Shown: positions 7,336-17,124 of the stretch, piece after piece
Layout: each line of letters starts with the position of its first letter
How positions within the stretch are numbered: the first letter of the stretch is position 1
Origin: a virus
UHGV virus genome: UHGV-0033085
DNA: 64,000 nt
Direction: 5' to 3' (one strand)
Notes under the pieces: generated by a model
Told to the model about the DNA's origin: nothing
Databases searched by the model: none
What the model saw: only the letters and a program-made list of their open reading frames with translations
Position numbers and translations under genes: made by a program

Positions 7336-7566
7336 TTATTTGTGTAAACTGATTTTAAATCCCATTTCTACAAACGCTTTTAACATTAAAAATATATCAG
7401 CGTCGTTCACGTCTGCTTTTTTTCGCTCCTGGTCGCTCAATAAGTCAATTTTGCGCGTCGTTTCATCTATAAGCTCGACTGCGCGCCCAGCGTAACCAGC
7501 GATCCCAGCGATGCGATTAACATAATATTCATTATGGACGTTAACGCCAGCGATAAGAACAAACAT
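7336..7566 (-). CDS. hypothetical protein
   Basis: ORF track; AAGGAG RBS. Confidence 0.5.
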   Translation of the reverse strand: MFVLIAGVNVHNEYYVNRIAGIAGYAGRAVELIDETTRKIDLLSDQERKKADVNDADIFLMLKAFVEMGFKISLHK

Positions 7567-7586
7567 GATTAAGCTCCTTAAAAAAA

Positions 7587-7802
7587 TTAAATAGAATTTT
7601 GAAGTTTTCCGATTAATGCGCTTAAACGTAAGTATTCACGTTTGCGCTTGCAATCTCGCTTGCTGTTAAGCAAATCAGAAAACGTAAAATTTAATTGGTC
7701 GCGTTGCGCGATCAAATCATCGATTAATTCCAGTTTATAAGCGCGATACTTTGCGCGATACTTTGCGCGATACTTTGCGCGGATCTTGTCATAGCTGACC
7801 AT
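7587..7802 (-). CDS. hypothetical basic protein with AKYR tandem repeat
   Basis: ORF track 7587..7847 shortened to the ATG at 7800-7802, which has an AAGGAG RBS; upstream codons would read through a terminator hairpin. Confidence 0.45.
   Translation of the reverse strand: MVSYDKIRAKYRAKYRAKYRAYKLELIDDLIAQRDQLNFTFSDLLNSKRDCKRKREYLRLSALIGKLQNSI
7741..7782 (-). repeat. 12-bp tandem repeat GCGCGATACTTT x3.5 inside CDS
   Basis: Encodes the AKYRAKYRAKYR segment. Confidence 0.6.
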
Positions 7803-7819
7803 TTTTAAAGCTCCTTTAA

Positions 7820-7838
7820 AGCGCCCATAGTGGGCGCT
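7820..7838 (-). terminator. second copy of hairpin AGCGCCCATAGTGGGCGCT
   Basis: Immediately past the stop of 7851..8501. Confidence 0.5.
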
Positions 7839-7850
7839 TGATTCCATTAA

Positions 7851-8501
7851 TTACGCTTTAAAAGCATCAGCTAAATAATTGTAGAAATCATTCTTGATAA
7901 AGCGATATTGCTGTGTACCAGCTTTGGCGCTTCCCATTCCTTTGACTTTCTCAACAAGTCCGAGACGTTCGCAAAGATTGATTAGCTGGTTAGCTTGAGT
8001 ATAGCCAGCGTCCAATTTAATTTCACACGCTTTTTTAGCTTCATTCATTAAATCGAAAACAGCGCCATTCGTGAACGTGTCGATCTCGTCGTTAATCATA
8101 TCGATTAAAGCGAATACACGAGATCCAGACATATCAGCGATGGAATAAACGCATTTACCAGATTTAATTGATTTAACCAGATAAACCAGTTTTTCCAGTG
8201 AATAACTATTAGTCATAGCATCACGAAAAAATACTTCTGGCGCTTGTTTGCTTGCTTTAATCGCATAGTAGAAAACAGAGCACAATTTTTCGTCTTCTAC
8301 AGCGTTTACAACGTTGTTGATGAAGTAAGCAAGTTTAGTGGTCGCAGCTTGCATATTTGCTTTGTCTGCTTTAGTGTGCGTACCATTTTTATAATGTTCG
8401 TTATATGTTTGAGTTGCTAGATCTGCTTTTTCGCGCAGCTCGTCGGATACAATAGATGCAGCTTCAATGATGGACTTTTTAGAAATGATAATGTTAGCCA
8501 T
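7851..8501 (-). CDS. hypothetical protein (216 aa)
   Basis: ORF track; AAGGAA RBS. Confidence 0.55.
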   Translation of the reverse strand: MANIIISKKSIIEAASIVSDELREKADLATQTYNEHYKNGTHTKADKANMQAATTKLAYFINNVVNAVEDEKLCSVFYYAIKASKQAPEVFFRDAMTNSYSLEKLVYLVKSIKSGKCVYSIADMSGSRVFALIDMINDEIDTFTNGAVFDLMNEAKKACEIKLDAGYTQANQLINLCERLGLVEKVKGMGSAKAGTQQYRFIKNDFYNYLADAFKA

Positions 8502-8763
8502 GATTTTATTCCTTAGTATAAATATTAAAATTTAACTCAAGAAAGAAAGTGTTTTGCACTCGTTCCTGATGCGTTCAATTATCGACACGCGAAAAAAGAT
8601 TGCAAGTATTTTTTTAAGTTTTTTGCAGGGATGAAAGTCCTAGAAATAAAAGCGAGATCGTCGAAGGTGTTCCCTAAATAAATAATAAATTCCGGCTTTT
8701 GACCTTATATATTTATACGGGGGAGAATTGAATGAGTGTTAAACGAATGGCATGTAAAATAAT

Positions 8764-8781
8764 AACCGGACTTAGCCGGTT
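8764..8781 (-). terminator. terminator hairpin AACCGG-acttag-CCGGTT
   Basis: Hairpin with T-run on the minus strand, just past the stop of 8798..9316. Confidence 0.5.
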
Positions 8782-8797
8782 ATTACCCTTATAGAAA

Positions 8798-9316
8798 TTA
8801 AAACGGAAGGATTCGTTCAACCCAATCGAAGAAAATAAGTATTTTTCTGCCGTCTTCCAACTTAAGTGTGACTAGACAGGCGTCAACGCCATCTGACGTT
8901 CCCTCAATTTCGCGACCGTCTGCCATGTAGACCCTTATAGATTTGCCGTTTTGGTAAGCCTGACGACATATCTTAAAAAAGTCACGACGTGATGGCTGAT
9001 TAACCATCTGTTCATTGTTTAGCGTTAGTCGACCTGTGAATGAAGTGTCAACCTCTTCTATGCCCGACTCAATTGTGCTAATGCGCTCAAGAGGGAGCCT
9101 TACACGATTTGTGTTGCTAAACGGATCTGGTGTGAGGTTCAGCTTATTTCTTGCGCTCAACAGCCCGTAGACATACATGCAAAACACTTGGCCGTCTTCG
9201 AGAGTGACTCTTACAGGAAATTGAGCACTCCGCCAGAAGAGCAAGGTGCGCTCAGCATGTTCGTAGTCTCGCGGCCAGACTTCAGCCGGTATGCCGTAGG
9301 TGATGTCTTTAACCAT
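8798..9316 (-). CDS. hypothetical protein
   Basis: ORF track. Confidence 0.5.
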   Translation of the reverse strand: MVKDITYGIPAEVWPRDYEHAERTLLFWRSAQFPVRVTLEDGQVFCMYVYGLLSARNKLNLTPDPFSNTNRVRLPLERISTIESGIEEVDTSFTGRLTLNNEQMVNQPSRRDFFKICRQAYQNGKSIRVYMADGREIEGTSDGVDACLVTLKLEDGRKILIFFDWVERILPF

Positions 9317-9418
9317 AGTCTACCTTTTTAAGTCTTTTTTGGTCATTATATACATCTCTATGATGCGTAGACAGACTAACCGTACATTCCACCAAAAATT
9401 GATTATGGAATAAGTTTC

Positions 9419-10219
9419 ATGAAGAATGGGGTGAATAAAAAATACTCATTAGCATTGTTAATAGCGGCTTTACTATTAACAGGTTGTGATTCTGATGAAG
9501 AGCGAGCCATAGATCTAGTTGAAAAGGATATTCGCTCTACACTGCCAGATCCTGATGCTGGTCGGTTCACGAATATGCGAGCTATTCAGTTAGGTGAAAA
9601 TAGCTATTCATATATGGTATGTGGAGAGGTGAATGGTAAAAACGTCTTGAACGCCTATACAGGTGCGACCGCATTCAATGCACACATCTTTGATGTTCGT
9701 GAACGTAACCCGATTGTATTCGTTGCAATGGATAAAAGTACCAACTCGGCAAGAGAACGATTACGTTTTGAACGCCAAAATCTAGCATGTAAAGAAAATG
9801 GTGTGAAACTTTATCTGGAAAACGAATCTAAAATCAGGAAGGAAAAAGAGAAAATAGATGATTTAAAAAAAACTCCATTAGGTCAGGCTGTGTTTGATGC
9901 TGCAAGTGATTCGACATATGTGAGTAGAGAGTTGGGCGAATCGAGAGGTGTTAGTGAAGTGTATGCAAGAGAAAATGATAAATATGCTCTTGTTAGCGTC
10001 ACCAATTATGACACTCCTGACTTTTACAAATTTAGGAAAAAAGACAACGGTGAACTAGAACCTGTTAGGGGACTGTCTTATACCGGCTATCCATTCGCGG
10101 TTACACTGTGCCATTCTGAACAAACAGATTATGACAAATGTATAACAGAAGAAGAAATCAAGTTGCTTCGAGACGAAAAGAATAAGCTCGATGATTTTGT
10201 CGTGCCACCAGAAGAATAA
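9419..10219 (+). CDS. putative lipoprotein
   Basis: N-terminal signal with lipobox LLTGC. Confidence 0.6.
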   Translation: MKNGVNKKYSLALLIAALLLTGCDSDEERAIDLVEKDIRSTLPDPDAGRFTNMRAIQLGENSYSYMVCGEVNGKNVLNAYTGATAFNAHIFDVRERNPIVFVAMDKSTNSARERLRFERQNLACKENGVKLYLENESKIRKEKEKIDDLKKTPLGQAVFDAASDSTYVSRELGESRGVSEVYARENDKYALVSVTNYDTPDFYKFRKKDNGELEPVRGLSYTGYPFAVTLCHSEQTDYDKCITEEEIKLLRDEKNKLDDFVVPPEE

Positions 10220-10280
10220 TATATACAAAATATTTAATTGCTGTTAATATTTAATTGTTCAGACATAGGGAAAGCCCGAA

Positions 10281-10312
10281 CCCTCGACAAATCTTTCTGA
10301 TATTGTCGAGGG
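10281..10312. terminator. bidirectional terminator hairpin between convergent genes
   Basis: CCCTCGACAA-N12-TTGTCGAGGG, perfect 10-bp stem. Confidence 0.55.
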
Positions 10313-10331
10313 TATGCTTCCAAGTGATGAG

Positions 10332-10706
10332 CTACTTATACCCTAATTCTTTACAGCTTTCTTCAAAAACCTCTTTAGGTAGGATATTTAGATCTACAAT
10401 AGTGTTGCTGTTCTTGGTTAACACGTCATTGTAAGGAATTTGTACCCATCTGTAACCTGTATACCCACCATATGAGTTAGTCGCATTTAGTTTGAAACAA
10501 TATGTATTGCTACCTTCAACGTGATCTGGGAATTTGTATTTAGCTGCATCCGGGGCCAGTAATTGTTTTTCTATAATATTTTTAATGTAATCTTGCTGAA
10601 CGGGCGTTAAAGGTTTGGCTACTGTATTTCCTATATAGAATGCCAAGAATGCCATAGAAAAAAATTGAATTTTTTTAGACTTCATCTTTTTAACCGTCTT
10701 TGACAA
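10332..10706 (-). CDS. secreted hypothetical protein
   Basis: Predicted N-terminal signal peptide; AT-rich. Confidence 0.5.
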   Translation of the reverse strand: MSKTVKKMKSKKIQFFSMAFLAFYIGNTVAKPLTPVQQDYIKNIIEKQLLAPDAAKYKFPDHVEGSNTYCFKLNATNSYGGYTGYRWVQIPYNDVLTKNSNTIVDLNILPKEVFEESCKELGYK

Positions 10707-10713
10707 TGAGAGT

Positions 10714-11289
10714 TTATGAGCGTTTGTTGAGCAGATCTACAATCAGCTTTTGAGGTGTATTTTCCTCTTTTGTCTTAGGTAATCCATTCTGAGGTAGCGT
10801 CGATAGTCTGTTCTTATCTCCTCTAGGTAACTCAAGCCTTTTCTTGATCTGCACAATAAGTTCCCATAGACTGTCTTCGTTCTCAACCTTTATAGAGTAG
10901 CCTACGCCACAATATGAATCACTTTTTAAGCGATTGTGAATTTTGAACGTATTGAAGTTTGAGCTTAACTGAATATATCCAGGGGTAATACCATCTATAT
11001 TTTCGATCACAGGGAGTATTTCTTTTATCTGGAAAGGGAAAATGACCAATGAATAATCATCTCGTCTTTCCTCATTGTCTGGTGAAATTAAATAAATGTA
11101 GTAAGGGTTGTTTTTTGAATAAGATTCTCGTAATGCTGAACTCTTTCCGAAGTAGAAACCTTTAGCGTGAATTTTATCTTTCGTTTCTTTCCCCCGTTGT
11201 ATCTGAATGTTACTTTCGCTAAGTGTCCCATTTGATACATATGAAGCTTTATCCAATATCGTGTGAAGTTGTGTATTTGAAAGAGCCAT
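10714..11289 (-). CDS. hypothetical protein
   Basis: ORF track; same leftward operon. Confidence 0.5.
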   Translation of the reverse strand: MALSNTQLHTILDKASYVSNGTLSESNIQIQRGKETKDKIHAKGFYFGKSSALRESYSKNNPYYIYLISPDNEERRDDYSLVIFPFQIKEILPVIENIDGITPGYIQLSSNFNTFKIHNRLKSDSYCGVGYSIKVENEDSLWELIVQIKKRLELPRGDKNRLSTLPQNGLPKTKEENTPQKLIVDLLNKRS

Positions 11290-11433
11290 TAGCTATCCCT
11301 TCGACCAAACTCAGCGATGAAGCCTACAAATATCATTCAGCCAATCAAGAATTTTTTTCAGCCGGAGGTGTGCACTTCAAAAAATGTGATGAATGTCACA
11401 TGCAGGTGCTCTCATACACCTGCATGTAGACTA

Positions 11434-12000
11434 TTAATCATTCAATAATCTATATTTTCTTTTGATTAAATCTTCACCTTTTTTGGTGAACACAAAACCA
11501 AATTGCGATTTTTTGTTCAGCCTAAGGACTCTGTTATCCAACGCATCGGTTGATGGAATCAATGTTTGATCATCTATCCAATTTAGTAGCGTAAGAAAGT
11601 TCAACAGCCTCAACGTTGTTGTGCGAAGCTCTTTCGATATATTTTCAATGCTGGCAATTCGTCTTTCTTTTTTCTCAGGTGGTACAGATAATTGTTCTTG
11701 AGGTTTCGTGGATAGATAATCAATTTCGTTTGCAGCATCGAATGATATGTGTGGCGTTATTTTGCTAAAAAAGCCTTTCGCTGACTCACTTGATAATAAA
11801 CCAGACCTATTCATATCGTTTGTTATTCTGTACAGGAGTGGACTGTGTTTCATTTCAGGATAACGTTGATAAAAGTTAAGCAATTCAAAAGCAGCATTAG
11901 CGCCAACAAGAAAATCAGAAGGATCGCTGACTTTCCAGAAAGAATGATTTTTCTTAGCGCCAGTGGTGTCAACAAATGATAATTCTTTTAACCAACTCAT
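11434..12000 (-). CDS. hypothetical protein
   Basis: ORF track 11434..12033; ATG at 12000 has an AAGGAG RBS. Confidence 0.5.
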   Translation of the reverse strand: MSWLKELSFVDTTGAKKNHSFWKVSDPSDFLVGANAAFELLNFYQRYPEMKHSPLLYRITNDMNRSGLLSSESAKGFFSKITPHISFDAANEIDYLSTKPQEQLSVPPEKKERRIASIENISKELRTTTLRLLNFLTLLNWIDDQTLIPSTDALDNRVLRLNKKSQFGFVFTKKGEDLIKRKYRLLND

Positions 12001-12065
12001 GATGTGCTCCTTTCTAACAAGTGAGCACATCATAGAATTAGTAGATAGGGGGTAAATATGAAATG

Positions 12066-12344
12066 TTACGGCAACCTGCTCAGTATTTCCTCTAAATCTT
12101 TTTTTGTCATATTGGAGTTTTCATAGATGCGCATGATTTTCTCACGCGTCTTAGCGGAAACCCCAACGGCAGATGTGACTTTGTCAAATTCAGCCATAGT
12201 CATCGTCTCCAGAATGGCATTGATAACTTCAGCCTTAGACATCTTGATTTTTTTCTCTTTGAGTTTTATTTGAAATTTTCCAAGTTTTTCATTGGCCTTA
12301 TCAGACAATGCCACTTGGCAATAAGTTGTTTTTTTTTCGCTCAT
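12066..12344 (-). CDS. hypothetical small lysine-rich protein
   Basis: ORF track; immediately downstream of the helicase gene. Confidence 0.45.
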   Translation of the reverse strand: MSEKKTTYCQVALSDKANEKLGKFQIKLKEKKIKMSKAEVINAILETMTMAEFDKVTSAVGVSAKTREKIMRIYENSNMTKKDLEEILSRLP

Positions 12345-12346
12345 AA

Positions 12347-13906
12347 CTAATCTCGTTTCAGAATTCCAAAATCGAATGCGCCATCAATAGGCAATACACC
12401 TTCCGCAAAGCCAGGTGTGGTGTCGATGATGTGTTTTCGCTCATAAGAGTGAGACAACAGGTATTTGTTGCTAGTGTCAATGAAATCAGTGATAAAACAC
12501 ACGTTTGCCTGATTCTTCTTGGCTCGTAAGCCACGACCGACACGCTGCCTCATTTCAACTTCTGCTTTCCCACCACCAGCAAGAATGACCGCACCAACGC
12601 TTGGCACATCAACACCGACATCCAGAATAGTCGAGCCTATTAAAACATCTATTTCTCCAGACGCTAAACTGTTCAGCTTTGCTTGCCTTGTCGCCTGGTT
12701 AGATTCCCCATAGATGAAATCAACTCTAAGACCTGACTCCTTCATCATCTCCATCAGGATTTGCCCGTGGCGTTTAAGACGAACCAGAGTCATGCAGTTG
12801 AGTGAATGTTGCTTATAAAGCAATGCCTCGCGCACTATGGCCTCGTTACGTCCCAAATTATACACGATCCCCAACTGATAAGCCTTTTGGTAGGCGGTGC
12901 TCATACCAACTCTAAAATTGAGGTGTTTGTTGGCAAGTTCGGCCTTGATTCTGGTCTCGTCTGGCTTGTAGGCAACTTTATGATAAAGGAAGTACGGCTT
13001 TGCCAGAATGCCTCGATCAATCAGGTACTTTTCTGTGACTTTAATTTCAATTCGACCGGCCACAGCCATCAGACGCATGTTGGCTTCTGTAGAATCCTTC
13101 ATGAACGGCGTGGCCGTAAGCGCCAGACGATAGTCTGCGTTCACACATAATCTGGCAATGTCATAGAAATTAGAGCCTGAAGACTCATGCGCTTCTTCCA
13201 GAATAAGTAGAGACACACTTGAAAGGAAGCGTTTCACTAGCTCCCGACGTTTGAGGTGGTAGCTCTTTTTATCTGGTGTTGCATCGCGTGGTGGTTCTTC
13301 AAGGAAACTTGCCAGAGTTTGAACTGTAGCGACGTTGATATGTCGTGATACCTGGAACTCACCCGAGCCAATGACTCCAACCTTTTGGTCCTTTAACCAC
13401 GGTTCGCCATTTTCGGCGCGGTAGTCGATGGATCTCTGGAAGTTTTCGGCCATTTGAAACATCAGAACAGAGCGGGTTGTTAAAAATAATGTCATTCGAC
13501 CGATACGTGCAGCTGCTTTGCAGGCAACGTTAGATTTCCCACCACCAGTAGCGATCTGCGCAATCATCATTCCCTCGCGAACTAGTGTTTCCACAGTCTG
13601 ATCCTGATACGCATAATCAGGATTGTATGGGAATGGGTTAACCGCCGGATTTGGCTTTCCAAGCGCCGGGGCTTTGTCTTTGCGGATATGAACACATTTG
13701 ATGCCCGCCTTGTTCAAGTTCGCCGCTACAGGCTTGGCAAATCCAGCAGGGAACGAGTTTTTACTCCAGTTGAACATCGTGCTTGTGCCCTTCCAGTCGC
13801 CAGTCTCGACTTCGTAGCTCAACATTTGCTGCACCAGTTGCTTTACCTTGTCATCTGCGCCAGAAATAAGCGCATTTACTGCGTTAGATACAATCCGAAC
13901 AGTCAT
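12347..13906 (-). CDS. superfamily 2 DEAD/DEAH-box helicase
   Basis: Motif I ATGGGKS, motif II LEEAHE, motif III TATP, motif VI QRVGRGLR. Confidence 0.8.
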   Translation of the reverse strand: MTVRIVSNAVNALISGADDKVKQLVQQMLSYEVETGDWKGTSTMFNWSKNSFPAGFAKPVAANLNKAGIKCVHIRKDKAPALGKPNPAVNPFPYNPDYAYQDQTVETLVREGMMIAQIATGGGKSNVACKAAARIGRMTLFLTTRSVLMFQMAENFQRSIDYRAENGEPWLKDQKVGVIGSGEFQVSRHINVATVQTLASFLEEPPRDATPDKKSYHLKRRELVKRFLSSVSLLILEEAHESSGSNFYDIARLCVNADYRLALTATPFMKDSTEANMRLMAVAGRIEIKVTEKYLIDRGILAKPYFLYHKVAYKPDETRIKAELANKHLNFRVGMSTAYQKAYQLGIVYNLGRNEAIVREALLYKQHSLNCMTLVRLKRHGQILMEMMKESGLRVDFIYGESNQATRQAKLNSLASGEIDVLIGSTILDVGVDVPSVGAVILAGGGKAEVEMRQRVGRGLRAKKNQANVCFITDFIDTSNKYLLSHSYERKHIIDTTPGFAEGVLPIDGAFDFGILKRD

Positions 13907-13949
13907 AAACCTCTTTCCTTAGTGCCTTTTGTATGTTATTTGGCTATTA

Positions 13950-13969
13950 TAATAAGTAAGTGATTACTT
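13950..13969. promoter_or_regulatory. TAAGTA box (AATAAGTAAGTGATTACTTA) in divergent promoter region
   Basis: Palindromic family member between the leftward helicase operon and the rightward ParB-like gene. Confidence 0.4.
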
Positions 13970-13970
13970 A

Positions 13971-14669
13971 GTGGATTGTAGCAATAAAATGGACGTAAAA
14001 ATCACGATTTTGCAGGTTGATGTTGCCAACCTTCGCCCGAATACCTGGAACACAAATTCGGTTGGTGCGCAGAATTTTGAAAAACTGAAAGGTTCTATCG
14101 AAAAATTGGGCTTTTTTAAGCCAATTTTGGCTCGTGAACTTGAAGATGGATTTTTTGAAATCCTCGGCGGCGAACATCGCTGGCGTGCTGCTATTGAGCA
14201 AGGAATTTCAACGGTTCCGGTACTTTCTGTGGGCAAAATTAGCGATGTCGTGGCAAAACAGATGTCACTGGTGGACAACGAGCGATACGGTGAAGACGAC
14301 CAAATCGCATTGCAACGCTTCATTGAAGAAATTCAGTCAGAACTTGACTATCAACTGTCTGAAATCGCCCCGTATGACGACGAAATCTCGATGGTTTTAG
14401 CAAAAGAGGCTGCAATCGACCTTGAAGTACTGGAGGCGTTGTCTCGTGGTAGTGATGAGCCTGTCGATACCGACAAACGAGAGAAAACCGAACGTGTGGG
14501 GGCGGAACATCAGACCATGCGCTTCAAAGTAACTTTCGATGCGTCAGATCGTGTTGCAGAAACCATAAAAAACATCATCAAAGAGCAGGCTATTAACACC
14601 GGTAATGAAATGGAGAACGCTGGTGAGGCTCTGGTGTGGCTGGTCGACTACTACAAGGAGCGTATGTAA
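13971..14669 (+). CDS. ParB/Srx N-terminal domain protein
   Basis: GGEHRWRAA motif; start may be ATG 13989. Confidence 0.65.
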   Translation: MDCSNKMDVKITILQVDVANLRPNTWNTNSVGAQNFEKLKGSIEKLGFFKPILARELEDGFFEILGGEHRWRAAIEQGISTVPVLSVGKISDVVAKQMSLVDNERYGEDDQIALQRFIEEIQSELDYQLSEIAPYDDEISMVLAKEAAIDLEVLEALSRGSDEPVDTDKREKTERVGAEHQTMRFKVTFDASDRVAETIKNIIKEQAINTGNEMENAGEALVWLVDYYKERM

Positions 14670-15337
14670 TGACCAAAAAGTTTGAAATCGTATATCGCGA
14701 CCCGGCAGATCTTATTCCCTATGAGATGAATGCCAAAAAGCATGATGAACAGCAGATCAGAGATCTGGCCGCAGCCATTAAAAAGCGTGGATTTGACCAG
14801 CCAATTACGGTCGATAAGAACGACGTAATTATTACTGGCCACGGCCGCCGTGAGGCTGCAATTTTTGCTGGACTTGAGCGCGTACCGGTTATTGTTCGCG
14901 ATGATCTCAGTGATGACGAGGTTCGTGCGAAGCGCCTTGAAGATAACCGACTTGCCAGCATTGATTACGATGCAATTAAGCTACAGAAAGAGCTTGAGTC
15001 GCTTGTTCTGGACGATATCGAGGTTTTCGGCTTTGAAGAGCGTGAGTTGAATGTTCTCGTTGGCAGTATGACAGAAGAAATGGACACCGACTCGCTAGTT
15101 ATCGATCTTGGCGAAGAAACTAAACGACAGAAGGATGAACACACCGAGATCAGTCGTGAAGTTGCAGCGGAAGAAGTACGTGTTGTCGACGTATTGGGCT
15201 TTAAAACGCTCCCTGCTGGCTCTGCCATTGTTGTTGGTGATTTGCTTGCCCACATGGAAGAAATGACAGGAGAAAGCGGGGTAGACGCATTTGTGGCATA
15301 TGCGGAGAAGATCTCTTCCGGGGAGATGGCTGCATGA
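14669..15337 (+). CDS. ParB/Srx N-terminal domain protein (second copy)
   Basis: GHGRREAA motif; ATG overlaps upstream stop. Confidence 0.65.
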   Translation: MTKKFEIVYRDPADLIPYEMNAKKHDEQQIRDLAAAIKKRGFDQPITVDKNDVIITGHGRREAAIFAGLERVPVIVRDDLSDDEVRAKRLEDNRLASIDYDAIKLQKELESLVLDDIEVFGFEERELNVLVGSMTEEMDTDSLVIDLGEETKRQKDEHTEISREVAAEEVRVVDVLGFKTLPAGSAIVVGDLLAHMEEMTGESGVDAFVAYAEKISSGEMAA

Positions 15338-15972
15338 GCAAATACATCATCAACGTATCGTTTCAGACACGCGTAAATAAAACCACGCGCACGTTGGAAA
15401 TCGCTGAGTCGTTCGGGCTTGGCCTGGACGAAAAAGAGTGGACGCTTTACGACAATCTGGAGCTGGAAGTGAAGCAGGGCGATGTGGTGTACATCACCGG
15501 CCAATCCGGTTCCGGCAAATCCGTTGTGCTGCGCGAGTTGCAACGACAGATGAAGGATGAAGGGCTGTCTGTAGCCTCCATCGATGATTTTACCTTCGAT
15601 AATGAGGTTAACGTCATCGATCAGTTGGGCAAAACGACCAGTGATGCGCTTGGGTTGTTATCTATGGCTGGTCTGAACGATGCATATCTGTTTGTTCGCA
15701 AGCCTTCTGAAATGTCAGACGGTCAGAAATATCGTCTCAAGATTGCCAAACTGATTGAGTCAGGCGCTAAAGTGTGGGCTGCTGACGAGTTCGGTGCTGT
15801 TCTAGACCGTGTAACCGCTCAGGTTGTGGCATCTAACCTCCAGCGTGCCGCTCGAAAGGTTGGTGCGACGGTAATGGTGGCGACGACTCACGAAGACCTG
15901 AAGAACGCGCTGCGCCCGGATATGCAGATCACCAAGCACTACAAAGAACGCGTGAAGGTGGAATATGCCTGA
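15334..15972 (+). CDS. ABC-type ATPase domain protein
   Basis: Walker A GQSGSGKS, signature-like MSDGQKYR, Walker B VWAADEFG, H-loop ATTHE. Confidence 0.65.
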   Translation: MSKYIINVSFQTRVNKTTRTLEIAESFGLGLDEKEWTLYDNLELEVKQGDVVYITGQSGSGKSVVLRELQRQMKDEGLSVASIDDFTFDNEVNVIDQLGKTTSDALGLLSMAGLNDAYLFVRKPSEMSDGQKYRLKIAKLIESGAKVWAADEFGAVLDRVTAQVVASNLQRAARKVGATVMVATTHEDLKNALRPDMQITKHYKERVKVEYA

Positions 15973-16219
15973 TTTGAAAATTGTAGAGCTGAAGCCATCG
16001 AAAGAGGATGACAATAACAATGTTGAGGTCATCCGCTTGCTGGAAGAAGCACTCCAGTACGCCAGAGAAGGCAAATCCCAGAGTCTGGCGCTGCTGATGA
16101 TCAATAGCGACGGCAGTGTTATGGATTGCTGGCATAACGGTGGGCGTCCATACGTCATGGTTGGGGCGATGGAATCGCTTCGCCTGGACTTCATCAATGC
16201 CAATATAGAGCGCAGGTGA
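15965..16219 (+). CDS. hypothetical protein
   Basis: ORF track; translationally coupled. Confidence 0.45.
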   Translation: MPDLKIVELKPSKEDDNNNVEVIRLLEEALQYAREGKSQSLALLMINSDGSVMDCWHNGGRPYVMVGAMESLRLDFINANIERR

Positions 16220-17115
16220 TCGACATGACAGACATCATCATCAAACGCTACCGCCCGGAAGAGTTCCCGCGTCATCTGGACTTTCTGGAGCGTATGACCG
16301 TTGCCAAAGGTACGGTTGAAGACTGGCACGCTCTTAAGTCTCTTCACTACAAAACAGACGGCAAACCTTTCGCACCAACTTATTATCGCTGCGAACTGGA
16401 TGGCCGTCTGGTGGGCGTCGTGGTAATGGCTTACCCGAAACTTTTGCTGGCACCTCGCCATCGCATGTTTCCTAAGTTGAAACCAACCACCAACACCACC
16501 GTGGCGAACCAGTACTGGGGGCGATACGTGAATAACAACTTCGCGGTGATCAGTCGATCAGTTGTGGATACCCAGTACCGTGGCGTAGGCGTCTCTTATC
16601 GAATGATTAACCTGGTTAGCAGGATGCATGACCGGCCAATCATTGAGATCCAGTCCTCGATGAGCAAATACAACCCCTTCGCCATGAAAGCAGGGTTCAG
16701 GTTCATCCGCCCTGAGCGACCGAAGAGCTATGAAAGTGCACTGCGTGTGTTCCAGCGCCATTTCCGCTCCGACCCGGGTGATAACGAAGCGATCGTCAAA
16801 GAGTTGTTCGCTATGAGCGATGCTCGTCGTCGCCGTGCACTGCGTGATCTGGTGGCGGACTACCACAAGAACAGTTCTCTGGCAAAAGCTGGGCGGAATC
16901 GTGGCACGACGATTCAGGACATTGCCGACAGTCTGGTGGACGAGGCCAGCATTGTGAAGCTGCTCAAGGACATTCACAACCTGAGCTTTACGTCTCCGTT
17001 GTATGGCGTGTACCGAAACCCTGACTTTGGTCGTCGACTGCCTGACACGCTGCCACTGCTGGCATTCGACAAACAACCTTTGGATAAACCGTTAGAAATT
17101 GCTTTACCGGCATAA
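16216..17115 (+). CDS. GNAT-like acetyltransferase-fold protein (tentative)
   Basis: QYRGVGVS and later KAGF motifs resemble GNAT motifs A and B. Confidence 0.45.
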   Translation: MIDMTDIIIKRYRPEEFPRHLDFLERMTVAKGTVEDWHALKSLHYKTDGKPFAPTYYRCELDGRLVGVVVMAYPKLLLAPRHRMFPKLKPTTNTTVANQYWGRYVNNNFAVISRSVVDTQYRGVGVSYRMINLVSRMHDRPIIEIQSSMSKYNPFAMKAGFRFIRPERPKSYESALRVFQRHFRSDPGDNEAIVKELFAMSDARRRRALRDLVADYHKNSSLAKAGRNRGTTIQDIADSLVDEASIVKLLKDIHNLSFTSPLYGVYRNPDFGRRLPDTLPLLAFDKQPLDKPLEIALPA

Positions 17116-17124
17116 GGATTTGCC

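Noticed and set aside
13688-14400. ORFs 13688..13963, 13964..14323, 13968..14201 and 14134..14400
   Set aside because: Overlap the helicase or ParB-like genes on other frames or strands without RBS.
14651-16461. Long minus-strand ORFs 14965..15543 and 15802..16461 and neighbours
   Set aside because: Antisense to the coupled ParB-like, ABC ATPase and GNAT-like genes; serine- and arginine-rich low-complexity products.
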